DNA of 64,000 bases from Corallochytrium limacisporum Hawaii (lineage: Eukaryota; Protista; Pluriformea), in the NCBI GenBank assembly GCA_002811645.1, contig PDIP01000083.1:162834-226833 (forward strand). The letters are read 5' to 3'. Made by a program: the position numbers and the translations under genes. Below are positions 12,379 through 24,500 of this stretch, piece after piece. The notes beneath the pieces are model-generated. The model saw only the letters and a program-made list of their open reading frames with translations, did not search any database and was not told where the DNA came from. The stretch's first letter is position 1. Each line of letters opens with the position of its first letter.

Positions 12379-15300
12379 GGTTGCCCGCTGCAGGCTCTCT
12401 GTGTATCCTTTGGATGTTGGTGTAGGTGTTCTTTTGACTTATCGAGTATGGTATGTTACAGGCTCCTGTATGCCATGGCACAGTGAGACCTGATCCCTTG
12501 TTTCGATTCTCGGTTTACTTCGCTGTCTTCGTTCTGCTGTCTTGATGTATTATTCGCTCTTTCACCCGTCAAGAACTGACAAGCATAAATATAGACGATA
12601 TATTTTAAGTTTTAATTGCAGGATCTTGATTCTCTTGTACCATGGATCCCATGCATATAACGCCCCCGTCCTGATGAAGAGTTCTCCGTATCTATCTGTT
12701 CGCTTATAACCACCACTTTTTGTCATTTTCATCAGTATTCGTGTGTTTTCTGTGTTGTATTGTTGTTGCGTTGCCAACTTTTAATCTCATGTTGCCAACG
12801 ACAGCAATCATATGTGCAAACAACAACGAAAATGAAAATACAAATTGAAATCCGTCCAGGAATGACTTGGACCTGGTCGCCCGAATGTGGCGGGGAAAGC
12901 GGGTTCTCCGGCCAGCGCGCTTGCAGAGAAACACACAAAGCCTGTCACTTCCAGTACATCGAGACCACGAAGCCATACTGGATGAAAAGGCAACTGAAAC
13001 CAAAAAGGTCTCAGGACACTGTGCGTGCGTGCGGCCCGCTCTTGCTCACACACACACACACTCTCTCTCTCTCACCCATACCAACCAACCAAGCCGCTGG
13101 TGGGCCCGCGCTCTTATCTTTTTTGAACTTCACCCGCCAAAATAAAAAAAAGGGGGGAGAAAAAACTCTTGAGGGTTGACCCGCCCTGGGTGGCTTCCTT
13201 GCGAGACACGGGTGACTCGACTACGTTGCTGCGGTGGGTTTTCATCTTCTCCCCCACCGCGCAAAATAAAAAAAAAAAAACCAAAAAAAAAATGGGAAAT
13301 TTGGGACGAGACACGGACGAAAGGGAGGGAGACCGGAACAGAAATATGCGGTCAACCCCTTTCCCCCCCCCCTCCCCCTCTCTCTCTCCGGTTCCCCGGG
13401 GGGGAGGGGAAGCGACGATCCTGCACCGCCGCCCCACACACGGAGGGCACCGGCGCGCAAGATCGCCAAGGGACGAAGAACCACACGACTCTCTCGCTCC
13501 CCCGCCCCCGAAACTCTTCCCTCTCGGGCACAGGGGACCGTCGCAGTGAGGAAACAAAAAAAAACCACACACACACAGAGCGCGGACATCGCAAAGGGCA
13601 CCACCAGACCGAGACGAGTGACCCCAAGAAAAGAGACTCCTAAGTGAATGACAAAATTCCACGGAAAAGAAGTCAAACCATGAAATCAAGCGGTTCATTT
13701 TCCATACTGAAGCCCAGTGTACCGCTGTTCGCTTACCATTTGCAGATCCTGATCGAGCACGCTGTCCCCATTTAGTCCGCGCAATGAAATAGAAACTAAA
13801 CAAAGGGGCACAGCTCACCTTCCCCCAGCGCACTTCCCCCCCTTTTTTCCCTTTTTTTTTTTCCTTTTACCGTGCAGGCAACACCCCCCTTTGGGAGGGG
13901 GCACACACGCTGCGGAACGCCCAAAGGGGCCGGCGCCTGCTCCTCGCTTTTGTTTGTGTGACCTACGGAAAGCGAGGGGAATTTGGTGGCAACTGGGCTG
14001 GAGCTAGGAGACGGGGGGAAGGGGGACCTCCCCCGGGGGGGGGGCCAAACCAAACGAAACCAAACCAACTACCCTACTCTACCCCAAAGCCGGGGGGGGG
14101 AAGGAGGGGGGGAGGGTGTAGAATTACAGGGAAGTGCGGTCGGGGGAGGCCGTTAGTAAATCACCGGACACCTCTCCTGGTATCTGGGAAATAAGTGACT
14201 CCTCCCGGTATATGGAATTTCGGTATTGGGTACTGCGTATATATGAGAATATTTTTGCGCGGGAAATGATATTCTGGCAAGGGCTCGTGAAATTGATTGA
14301 ATTAATCTCGCCAGGAGGGTACGTGCCTCTCTGGGGAGGCCACCCTTGATCCCGGTGGTCCGCCGCGACTGCAGCAGATCAATGCCACTTTTCGGGTACA
14401 GAGACCTGTCCCAACTAGACTTTTCTGACCATCGTGTCCAACTTTTCTTTCCAGGACGACAGATGGAGCCCTGGATTGACCACTGTAGCAAAAATCCAAT
14501 CACATCCCTGTTTCTGTTCATGCTCGAGTGGCAAAATGCGGGACTAAGGCTGCCTTGGAGCTTTCCAATGACAGATGCAATATACATGCCCATGATGCAT
14601 ACCATTGAACGGTTCTCCAATCCATCAACCGCACGCCCACGTAGAGTGCAACAAGCGGATTACTTCGCGTCCAGCTGGAGCAAGATCTAACGCTTATCAA
14701 ATCAACCGGTGTCCAGCTCTGGGTGGCGGTGTATGCCATACTGGATGGGAGTCTTGCGCACTTCGGTGTGCTCAGGCCGTCCAGTTTGGTTTGTCGTCAA
14801 CAACGACGCCCTCTGATTGGCACTCGCATCCAACCCGTAAACGTCAAAGCGCCGAAGACATTAGGGGTTTGGGTAATGTGCTTCTAAATTTGAACTGACC
14901 GGAACCTTCGGCAACTCGCATTCCTGTCCTGAGGCAGACCTTTGCCCTCTTTTGGGTCAAGGCCTGAGACGATGTGGACACGCTACGACGCTTTGAACAT
15001 CCCCTGTCATGGTATCATGTTGATCTTGCACCACGTCAAGGCCCTTACCCGAACGTAGGCTACTCACCATGGCAGTGGCGCTTATGGGTATTGTTAAGCA
15101 GTAGCGATCAAACCTGCCCGGTGTACCCATCACACTATTCCTCACCAAAAATATCACAGACTGAAAGACCTAATTTCTATAATTACATGAATTAAGGGTA
15201 CGGGTCATCGGTGCCAAGGTCGGCGGGGCGATCTTCTTCCGGACCTTTCCGGATTCTCCTGGCTTTCTGAGCTCAGAAAAATAGGCCCCTACGTCCACAG

Positions 15301-15396
15301 AATAAGAATCCAGTATCGGCAGGGTAAAGGGTAGTGTGCAGCACATAGCCACCCATAGGTTAGAACCTCCCCCGGAGGGACTGTTGTCGCTGGGTC

Positions 15397-15411
15397 TTTT
15401 CGCGCCGAAAA
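15397..15411. promoter_or_regulatory. Candidate double E2F-type site upstream of RPA1
   Basis: TTTTCGCGCCGAAAA matches TTTSSCGC on both strands; second copy GCGCGAAA at 15706-15713. Confidence 0.4.
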
Positions 15412-15972
15412 CGGAGACTTTCTGGTCTTTTGCGCCCCCCTCCCCCCCGGGGGGCCGGCTCCCGGACTTCCGGTTCTTCTCTGCGGTCCCGCAAGAGTTT
15501 GAGACTCACTGTTGGGTGCAGCCACCGATGGCGGTCTTTTGATTACCCGTGGACCGTTCGAGACACTATCGGTCCCTTTTGCCTGAGCACAGAAGGGGGG
15601 AGGGGGCACAGCTAATGACCGAGGCGCTCCCTCGGTTCCAACCTGAGCCTCACCCGGCTGAGTTCGCCCTGCGCTGCCTCGACAGCTAGGAAGGTTAATC
15701 TGGGCGCGCGAAAGTCTCAAAACTCGTTCCTGCAACAGGTCGTTGGGATCGCTGAGCTTTGCCACCGATGCAACTACATTCTAGGTACGGTGTCTCTGTT
15801 GTTCCAGTGTGCTTCGTGGCCACGCTTAGCTCAGCTTATGGTGCGCTCCGATACGCAATACGTTGGATGCTACTTAAGATCTACCGTGTATGCTCCATAA
15901 ATTGTGACAACGTATTCTCGTAGTTTCAGAAAGAGTTCTGGGTTTTACTTGTCTATCGCAAATAGAGCCAAC

Positions 15973-17835
15973 ATGGCAGAACCTGAACGCATCGCCTGGG
16001 ACGGCAACCTGACTCCCAATGCAATTCCCCTAGCTCTGGGCGGCTCTGAGCTGCAGAACCCCAAGGTGCAGGTGATCAATGTACGGGCTGCAAACAATCG
16101 CTACCGCCTTCAGGTTAGTGATGGTGAAAATATGTGCACGTGTGTGGTTTCGACTCAGGTAGGAACTGAATACGGCCCTCATCTTGTCGCTGGCCAGGTG
16201 ATTTGCATTGAGAACTATGTAATCAATCAACTTGACGCACGTGATGGCTCTGGCAAAAAGTTCATTGTTATTCTCAGCATGAACATGTGTGGTGAGCCCG
16301 CCCAGATCATCGGGACCCCCAAGCAATACAACGGCAACAATGAGAACCAGAACCCCTCTGGTGTGGTCATCAAGTCTGAACCAGTTAAGCCTGAGTCCAA
16401 GATGCGCACCAGCCCTCCTCCTGCAGCGAAACCTCTGGGCTCCAACACTGGCAACGGTGCCTCGCGGCAGAACAATGTATCCACGGTACCTGATTTCAAT
16501 GCAGGCTCAGGGGACCACAGTGATGTCATTCCCATTAAGTCCTTGAACCCTTACCACGGCAATTGGAAGATCCGTGCCCGGGTCACAAACAAGAGCTCCA
16601 TCAGACACTGGCAGAATGAGCGGGGAGAAGGTAAGCTGTTCAGCGTCGACCTGACCGATGAAAATGGAGAGATTCGCGCCACTGCTTTCCGTGACACTGT
16701 TGACTTATTGTATCCTCAGCTAGAAATTGATAAGGTGTATATCATCCAACGCGGCAGTGTAAAAATCGCCCAGAAGAAGTTCAATCCTCTTAACAACGAC
16801 TATGAGATTACCTTCGACCAGAAGACCATCATTCAGCCTGTTGAGGACGATGTTGCGATTCCCCACGTCGGCTACCAGTTTGTACCCATCAACAAGCTGG
16901 CCGATACCCCAAAGGACCACATTGTTGACCTCATTGGTGCCGTACGTGCTGTGGGCGAGGTCTCTTCCATTACCACTCGTGCCACAAACCGTCAGGTTAG
17001 CAAGAGAGACATTACCCTGATTGACCAGACTGAGACTATGGTGCAGGTCACCCTGTGGGGCTCCTTTGCTGAGGAGTTCAACGGATCTGGAAACCCCATT
17101 CTGGCGATCAAGGGTGCGAAGACTAGTGACTTTGGTGGTGTGAGCGTGAGCGTGCTCGGCACGTCCGTAGTACAGGTCAATCCGGACATCCCGGAAGCGT
17201 TTGCACTGCGCACTTGGTATGATGGTCAAGGCCAGAGTGTCGCAGGCACCAGCCTTAGTGGCGTGACAAACAACACCGTCCGTGACATGTACAGTGAGAC
17301 TCGCAAGTTTTTCACTCAGATCAAGGGTGAACGGCTGGGTGCCGAGGAGGTGGCATACTTTGTGGCCAAGGGAACCATCATGTACGTCAATCGCAATAAC
17401 GTTATGTACAAGGCCTGCCCTGAAGAGGGCTGCAACAAGAAGGTGATTGACCAAGGAAATGGTGAGTATCGCTGCGAGAAGTGTGATAAATTCTTCTCCA
17501 CATTCCAATGCCGTTGGATGATTAGCATGAACTGTGGTGATGCAACCGGCTCTGAATGGCTCATGGCCTTCAACAGTGAGGCCGAGAAGATCTTTGGCAT
17601 GAAGGCCGACGATGTTTTGCCATGGGTGGAGAACGAGGAGCAGAAGCATAAGCTTGATGAGCTCCTACAAAATTCACAATGCCGGGAGTACCTCTTCAAG
17701 ATCAGGGCTAAGGCTGAGACTTACCAGGATGATACCCGCACTCGCCTCACGGTTCTGGACCTGCAGCCCATTGACTACGTTCGCGAGACTAAGCACTTGC
17801 TTGCCGAGCTCAACCAGGACAGCATGGTGCACTAA
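15973..17835 (+). CDS. RPA1: Replication protein A 70 kDa subunit
   Basis: Four OB folds, IKSLNPY..WKIRARVTNKS, GEGKLFS, zinc ribbon YKACP..CNKK..YRCEKC; first ATG at 15973 (ORF track begins at upstream GTG). Confidence 0.97.
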   Translation: MAEPERIAWDGNLTPNAIPLALGGSELQNPKVQVINVRAANNRYRLQVSDGENMCTCVVSTQVGTEYGPHLVAGQVICIENYVINQLDARDGSGKKFIVILSMNMCGEPAQIIGTPKQYNGNNENQNPSGVVIKSEPVKPESKMRTSPPPAAKPLGSNTGNGASRQNNVSTVPDFNAGSGDHSDVIPIKSLNPYHGNWKIRARVTNKSSIRHWQNERGEGKLFSVDLTDENGEIRATAFRDTVDLLYPQLEIDKVYIIQRGSVKIAQKKFNPLNNDYEITFDQKTIIQPVEDDVAIPHVGYQFVPINKLADTPKDHIVDLIGAVRAVGEVSSITTRATNRQVSKRDITLIDQTETMVQVTLWGSFAEEFNGSGNPILAIKGAKTSDFGGVSVSVLGTSVVQVNPDIPEAFALRTWYDGQGQSVAGTSLSGVTNNTVRDMYSETRKFFTQIKGERLGAEEVAYFVAKGTIMYVNRNNVMYKACPEEGCNKKVIDQGNGEYRCEKCDKFFSTFQCRWMISMNCGDATGSEWLMAFNSEAEKIFGMKADDVLPWVENEEQKHKLDELLQNSQCREYLFKIRAKAETYQDDTRTRLTVLDLQPIDYVRETKHLLAELNQDSMVH

Positions 17836-18099
17836 GGGACACCCGTGTTCATAGATTTGTGTCGTCATCAACCAGTGATAATCATTGCACAAACTTTCAC
17901 AGGAAGAAATCAAAAATCACATGAAAAACTGAGTATTCGTCGAGGTTTAGATCTCATTAGATGACTTACTATTTCCAATCGCCGTGCTGCCCCTCTCTCT
18001 TCTGATTGTTTTACTCGTCTGCCGTCCACCCTTCCCACTCTTGCCTTGGCAACCCGGCGGCTTTTTCCAGTTTTGTTTTCCAACCTTAGCGAATTTGCC

Positions 18100-18793
18100 C
18101 GTGAACCACCGTCCACCCTCCAAACACGGGATTGGCGTGCCCGTCACGGAGAACATTTACAACGGCAATCCGCTCGAACCAATGTACCGTGACACGCTCC
18201 AAGTTAGTAAGGATACCGGTGCGTTATGTGCTCTGCAATGTTGACACTGGTGAGTGTGACTGCCGACCGATTGAGCAGCGCCATTTCCACAAGGGACTGC
18301 CAGCAACGGGCTTACCGACACCTCTTTTGCGACTGCATTCCGTCCGAATCTGAGCATTACCAGCAACCTGGAAGAGTCCGTGCCTCTGAACACAGCCTAT
18401 CGTGTCTTTGAGCCCAACAATTGAACGGATTGGGGTCATCCGATTCACTCTCCCTTGGCGTGCGGTAGCGCCAGCACTCTTCGGGATGTCGCCATCGATG
18501 CCAGCAGTGAGGCAGGCATATTCTTCAGCGGCATTGAGCTCTACCATTTTGGAGAGGAAGTCGTAGAGGACGGTTACACGTATTGCAACCTGCAGATGTC
18601 AATGAAAACTTTCGTTGTATCCACCCCTTTGTCAGTGACCATCGACTACGTTGTCATGTCGAGCTCGGCCGTGTTGATGTGCAAAGCAATGCTGGCCGCC
18701 TACGAATGGTATCGCCGCAGGGAGGCCAAACTACAGGACAAAACCATGTACACCAGTGTTGCTGGCGAACACCGATACCATCTTGTAACGTGA
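18100..18793 (+). pseudogene. Possible degraded gene / short ORF for a single-pass membrane protein
   Basis: Protein-like frame from ~18275 to 18793 broken by TGA at 18422, ending in a hydrophobic stretch plus WYRRREAK; upstream part needs frameshifts; no family recognised. Confidence 0.3.
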
Positions 18794-20027
18794 GTGCACA
18801 ACGTCATTGCCTGCTGCGGCACGAAAAACCATACCCCGACCAAAGGCACCCATGGCTCTTGGAACTGTCCCAAGGCGGTCCGACGCGCACGCTCTCACTC
18901 CGACTCTTGTCCGTCCCTGCCACCCCAACCCCCGTGCTGCACCTCGGGGGGACACAGGGGAAAAGGGGGGGAGGGTTTCAAGAACTTGGCCGTGTGGTCT
19001 CCCACGGGCGGGTTTGGCCTAAAGGACTGGCCCCCCTCTCCCCCCCCCCCCCGGGGGGCGCCGGGAGAAGAGCGTTCCCATCCCTCCCCCTCCCAAAGAC
19101 GGGTTGGTTGGTCGGGTGTGTTGCGGGTGTTTGCCCGTTCGTTATTACACACACACACACAAACAGAGAGAGGGAGAGAGAGAGAGAGCGTGTGTGTTTA
19201 CGCAACAGCCCCCCTTTTTTGCGATGCGTGCCCCGCGGTATGGTACCCCCGTGGTACCTAACCGAGAAATAACGGTGCCCACGATGCTGTGCAGTGGTAG
19301 TAGTACCTAAGAATGTAACTGACATATTAAGAACAAAAAGAGACAAAAGGTACAAATGAAAAACCAACCGGAGCTATCGGAAAAAAAATGAAAAACTCTC
19401 AAAAAAAATAAACAAAAGAAAGAACGGACACAGAGAGAAAGGCAGCCGCGCACAAACCCAAGAAAAAAATAAAGGGAGAAGGGGAAGGGGAGAGAAGAAA
19501 GAAAAAGAAAATTGGGACACCCCGAGCACGAAGGAAAAGAAGAGATCTTTTCCGAGCCACGCGACCCCCGCCGCGGGGGGGGGAGGGGTCCCAAGAAACT
19601 AAAACAACGCATACAAAACTCGCACAAGGAGCTCCCACCCTTCCGCGCGAAGTGGGAGGGGGGCGGGGAAAGGAAGCGAAGGGATGGGTAGTAGGGGCCA
19701 ATGCATCGAAAGGGAAGGTTGGGAGGGGGGTCAGGTGCGGTGGGGGGGGGGGTCACGTGCCGTGGTAATAAAACAAAAGAGAAAAAAAAAAGAAAAATGG
19801 GGGAGTAAAAAGAGTGTTGGTTTCCATACGATAAAAAGGGAGGGAGGGAAAGGGGGGGGGAGTAGTGGGTTTCTATTTCCGCTCTTTTCCTTAGCGTTGT
19901 TTCTTTGTCTTTTGGTTTTCTTTCCGTTTTCACTCGTGGAAGTATGCCGGTTGGTTCTGATTGAATGAGCGGCATTTTTTCATGGTAATATACAGATGTC
20001 ACGGGCCACATCAGATCCAGGATACTA

Positions 20028-21896
20028 CTAGAGTGTTTTGGCCGAGGGATTGTAGGATAGCCTCTGTGCCGATGTCTTGTAGAGATCATATTTGGTATTT
20101 TCTCCCAACAGCTTCTGCTCGGCCACATGCTTTCGCAGATCATTATCAAAGTCATGCTTTGAGCTGATGATGGCCAGGGCTACCAGGCGAACATGCGCAC
20201 AAGGCTGCTGTTTGCAGGTGGGACGATCACATGTAAACGAACTGTCTGTAACTTTGCAGTGCGCGAATTGCTGCATGGGGGGATCCGTGTCAGCGTGCTC
20301 TCCGATGGCAACAAAAGTTTTTTCAGAAAGGCGCATGACAGGTGCACTGTGGTATGCCTTGGCCTTCTTTCCAGTATTCAAGGCGATTTCCACGAGGTCC
20401 GGATCGATTTCCATCTCCAGCATGGCTCTCTCCGGCAACAGAGGGTACTTTACGTACGCGGTGGCGTGCTTATGGTCGCGCACGCTCCATTTCGGTGGGC
20501 TGGGCGGGGATTCCTGCTTGGCCGCATTGCCGGGCACCTTTCGAAATAGATTGCAGGTGTACTTTACCTGTTTGATGTGATCACATTCGATCTTTGCGTG
20601 GTCTGGATCACTGCATACACACTGCTGCATGGCAACACCGACCTCCACAAAGACACGGTGCGTTGATGATTCGGTTCCAAAAACTTCATCCTTATCAGGT
20701 ACCGACAGCACACACGTATCCAGAGCTTGATAGATGAACCGAGGAAACGGTGACTGTAGGATTCGCTTGAGACCGCCTCCTGAAGGCATGCGCTCGATGA
20801 TCCGTCCGGTGAGAGGATTGATCAGGAGACTGCCACAGGTGCAGAATTTACGGCGCACCCCCACGGTGCTTCCACAAACTGGACAGCGCCGGAGACCACG
20901 AACCCGCTTCGACTCAAGTCCGGAGGAGTCGGTCTGGTCATGAAACTCTCGATACATTTGGGGTTGTGCGTACGCTACGGGCCCCGATCCCACTGTAGCC
21001 AACGGATACTTGGGTGGCATGCCCTGGGCAGCGTAGGGACCGGGACCAGCCGCGGGTGCCGATGAGTAGCCCGGGGGTGGGCGCATCGCCTGGTACTGAC
21101 CACTGTGTGGTGACTGGTCATAGTGGGGCTGTTGAAGGGTGCCGTAGTGGCCAGTGTGCATCGCGTAAGAGCCTGATTGGGTGTCTTGCTGAGATGGAGG
21201 TGGTGGTGCTACGTGATGGTAGTTGTGGTTGACTAGGGGGTGCCCTGGTGGCTGTTGAGCCTGGCTCTGGTACGGCGGGAGATGTGGCCCCGTCGGCATC
21301 CACTGGTATGCGCCTCCATACTGGTACCAGCCTCCAGCAGGCTGCTGGTTTCCGCCCGGCCCATACTGGTTCGGTTGCACATGGGGCGGACCGGACGGCG
21401 GTAGTTGCTGCTGCGGCTGGTGCAGCTGGGGATGCTGCTGTGGTGGGGGTGCCTGTTGCTGTTGTTGAGGGTGCGGCGGCGGGTGCTGCGGTGGCACTGC
21501 GCGGTGATGCTGGTGTTCATACATGGGCTGCTGTTGGCTCCCGTATGCACTGTTCGCGCTTTGATGCCACGTTGGTGATGGTGCCGACCCGTGAGTCTGT
21601 GATTTAAGCGTCCTAGGGCCCCACTGACTTTCCTGCTGGAGATACGGATTTTCCGGCGTCTGCGGCGTTTGAGGACCACTGGGTGGTAGTGTCTCTGCAG
21701 GAGTTATCCGTTGTTGATACTGATGATGTTGCTGTGTCTGCTGTTCAGGACACTGCTGCGAAATTTGGCTTGGATCGCTACTTTGCTCCTTCGCTTCGGT
21801 GCCACTGGCTCCCTGCCTAGGGCCCTCAGTGTGCGGCTCGATTGTTGCCTCCATAGTTCCCGGAGTGTACCTATCCTCCTGGCCAACCATCCGCAT
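20028..21896 (-). CDS. C2orf42-like zinc-binding protein with Q/P/H/Y-rich N-terminus
   Basis: RGLRRCPVCG..C.CG treble-clef-like motif, then HRVFVEVGV, CDHIK, PVMRLSEK, FTC..PCAH in the order I recall for animal C2orf42. Confidence 0.75.
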   Translation of the reverse strand: MRMVGQEDRYTPGTMEATIEPHTEGPRQGASGTEAKEQSSDPSQISQQCPEQQTQQHHQYQQRITPAETLPPSGPQTPQTPENPYLQQESQWGPRTLKSQTHGSAPSPTWHQSANSAYGSQQQPMYEHQHHRAVPPQHPPPHPQQQQQAPPPQQHPQLHQPQQQLPPSGPPHVQPNQYGPGGNQQPAGGWYQYGGAYQWMPTGPHLPPYQSQAQQPPGHPLVNHNYHHVAPPPPSQQDTQSGSYAMHTGHYGTLQQPHYDQSPHSGQYQAMRPPPGYSSAPAAGPGPYAAQGMPPKYPLATVGSGPVAYAQPQMYREFHDQTDSSGLESKRVRGLRRCPVCGSTVGVRRKFCTCGSLLINPLTGRIIERMPSGGGLKRILQSPFPRFIYQALDTCVLSVPDKDEVFGTESSTHRVFVEVGVAMQQCVCSDPDHAKIECDHIKQVKYTCNLFRKVPGNAAKQESPPSPPKWSVRDHKHATAYVKYPLLPERAMLEMEIDPDLVEIALNTGKKAKAYHSAPVMRLSEKTFVAIGEHADTDPPMQQFAHCKVTDSSFTCDRPTCKQQPCAHVRLVALAIISSKHDFDNDLRKHVAEQKLLGENTKYDLYKTSAQRLSYNPSAKTL

Positions 21897-22239
21897 CTAC
21901 ACCTAGGTTATACATTGGGAATTATATTGTATGTCTTCGGAGCTATGAATGAGTGTGTTGATCCGGAAATATTTCTCCTCGCAGTCCCTGAGTTGTACCT
22001 TGATCTAGCTCACCATCACCCAAACATGAATCCACAATCGGTGCACGGCGCGTTCCCGTTGTGCGCATTCGACCAACCCTCATCTCAGTTCTCCCGACAG
22101 CAACCTTTTTCTGAGTGTGTGCAAACGAAGACATTACGAGTTCCGTATCCAGCTCCATAGTCATACAATTTCCGTCTCCGTCCAGAACGTGTTACACGAC
22201 ATCGTCGACCTGGACACAAAGACGTTCCGCCGTTTCTTC

Positions 22240-24215
22240 TCCCCCCCCCCTTCCCTCCCACCCCGCTTCCCCGCTCACATCGCTCTCTCTCTCTCTCTCT
22301 CCCGCGTCTGTCGCCCCTCTCTCCCTGTCTCCTTCTTTTATTCCTTGATCCACTTCTCTCTCTCTCTGTCTCTCTCGCTCTCGCTCTCTCTCTCTTCTCT
22401 TTTTCAATATTTTTTTTTCTTCCTTCCTTGCTTTTTGGCTGATTCCCTTTTTGTTTCTTTTTTGGGTAGAGAGCCCGTGTTACGTAGACGTCTCGCTTCT
22501 CCCCCACACTCACTCTCTCTCTCTTCCCGCCCTTCCACTCTCTCTCTCTCTCTGTGTCTTTCTTGCCCGGTTTTCTCACCCGCCGCGTCCGAAAGAAAAA
22601 AAAATTGGGAGGGAGGGAGAGGGAGACAGAAGAAAAAGAAAGAAAGAAAAAAAAAAGAAGAGAGACGGGGAGACCAGCCGGAACACAGGACACCACGCCA
22701 CTGGCTATATCGCTCTCTCTCTCTCTTGTGCGTCTGTTCCTTGTCGCTCTCTCCCTCTCTCTCCCTCTCTCTGCCCTTTCCCCCCCTCCCGACTCCTTCC
22801 CTGCCTTTCCTTTCTTTCTTTTTTTTCTTTGAGATCTCTCCGTCGCATCTCTCTCTCTCTGTCTCTGTGTCTCACTAGGCCCCGCCCCTCCGCACTGTGC
22901 ACCGTCCGTCCTGGCACACACACCCACACGCAGAGACCCAAAATCGACTTCCCGAAGGTTCAAAGCTACTGCTGCTGCTGCTGCTGCTGCTCTCAAGGTC
23001 CCCCCCCCCTCTCTCTCTCTGCCTCTCTCTCTCTCTCTCACTCCCCATCGCACCAGAGGTCCCCATTCGAACCTAACCTTAGGCCCTCCCGCCCCCCTCT
23101 TCCCCGGACGAGAAAATGGGCTATAATACAATTTCCTCCTATTTGACGAAAGCAAAAGCAAAGGGATCTACATAGTAAGAAAACATATACCAACATTAAC
23201 GTAGAATCGGGAAATATTCGGACAAATGGGGGGGATTTTTAAATAAAAAAAAATCAGAAGGGAAGGGTGTGTGTTTAGGAAAATGGAATTTCTTTTTTAT
23301 CATAAAGACCGCACACAATTTAAAAAGCAATCGGGGAACACTATAAAAAAACAACGGTGGAGAGAGGCACTCAGCCACAGACAGAGAGACAGAGAGAGAG
23401 AGAGTGAGAGCGCGAGTGTGTGTGTGTGCGTGTGTGTGCGAGTGTGTGCGTGTGTGTGCGTGTGTGCCGAAGAACGAAGAAGAAAAGAAGAAAAGAAGAA
23501 GAAGAGAAGAAGAAGAAGAAGGAGGGAAGGGGAGGGCGTGCGTGCGTGCGTATGTGTGTGTGTGTGTTGTGTGCTTTGAAACGGCTTGGTCATATTGTTG
23601 ACATCATAAAAAATAAAAAGAGCGAGAAATTGAAACAGCTCGCTTTCTTTCCTTCCCCGTACAAAAAGTCCTCGTTTGGGGGCGAAGAAAGAGGGGGGGG
23701 GAGTTTTTGTAAAAACTCTTTTGCTGCTGCTGTTGTCATCCTCCGAGGCTTGCAGCCCTCCCTCCTTTTTTTCCTGTCCGTGCCCGTCCCCTTTTCCCGT
23801 TCGCGCGCATTTCTCATCTCTCACTCTCTCGCTCTCTCTCACATTCATCTCTCGCTGTCTCCCTCTCTCTCTCCCTCTCTCTCTCTCTCGCTCTCTCCAA
23901 CCGCCGGCCGGCCAGCCAGCCAGCCACCCCGGAGAGAGGGTTCGTGCTTGCCCGCCCGCCCTCCTTTCGTGTGGTGCAGCAGGAAAATGGGGGAGGGGGG
24001 GGGGAGGCGTAAAAACGCCAACCATCAAACAATAAAAAAAAAAGTGCGTCAAGAGGGCAGATAGAAAAGAAAAATAAGGTAAATAGAAATAGATTGAATA
24101 GACCCCGAGCGACGATCCTTGGGGAGAGGGTTTACCCAACAAATTAAAGCCAAAACCACCAACTGCCCCATCGCCCAAGCCTTCCTTGCTCAATCACACG
24201 CACTCTCCCCCTCAC

Positions 24216-24302
<87 letters not shown>

Positions 24303-24378
24303 GTGTGTATTGCCTCTGTTTCCTTTGGTCCTGGTCGTCTCCCTTTCCATGTTTTGCCCGCACACACACACACACACA

Positions 24379-24440
<62 letters not shown>

Positions 24441-24500
24441 GTGTGTATTGCCTCTGTTTCCTTGGGTCCTGGTCGTCTCCCTTTCCATGTTTTGCCCGGA
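22240..24500. repeat. Dense microsatellite/low-complexity zone: (CT)n, (CA)n, (GT)n, (AGA)n, (CTG)n, poly-purine tracts
   Basis: Directly visible, e.g. (CTG)n ~22968-22990, (GT)n ~23416-23466, (CA)n(CT)n 24219-24300. Confidence 0.95.
24219..24498 (+). repeat. Tandem duplication of a (CA)n(CT)n + 60-bp unit
   Basis: 24301-24360 and 24439-24498 are identical except for one base. Confidence 0.9.

Noticed and set aside
14153-15195. Short ORFs on both strands, faintly ankyrin-like on the minus strand
   Set aside because: No consistent repeat period or conserved motif; multiple stops
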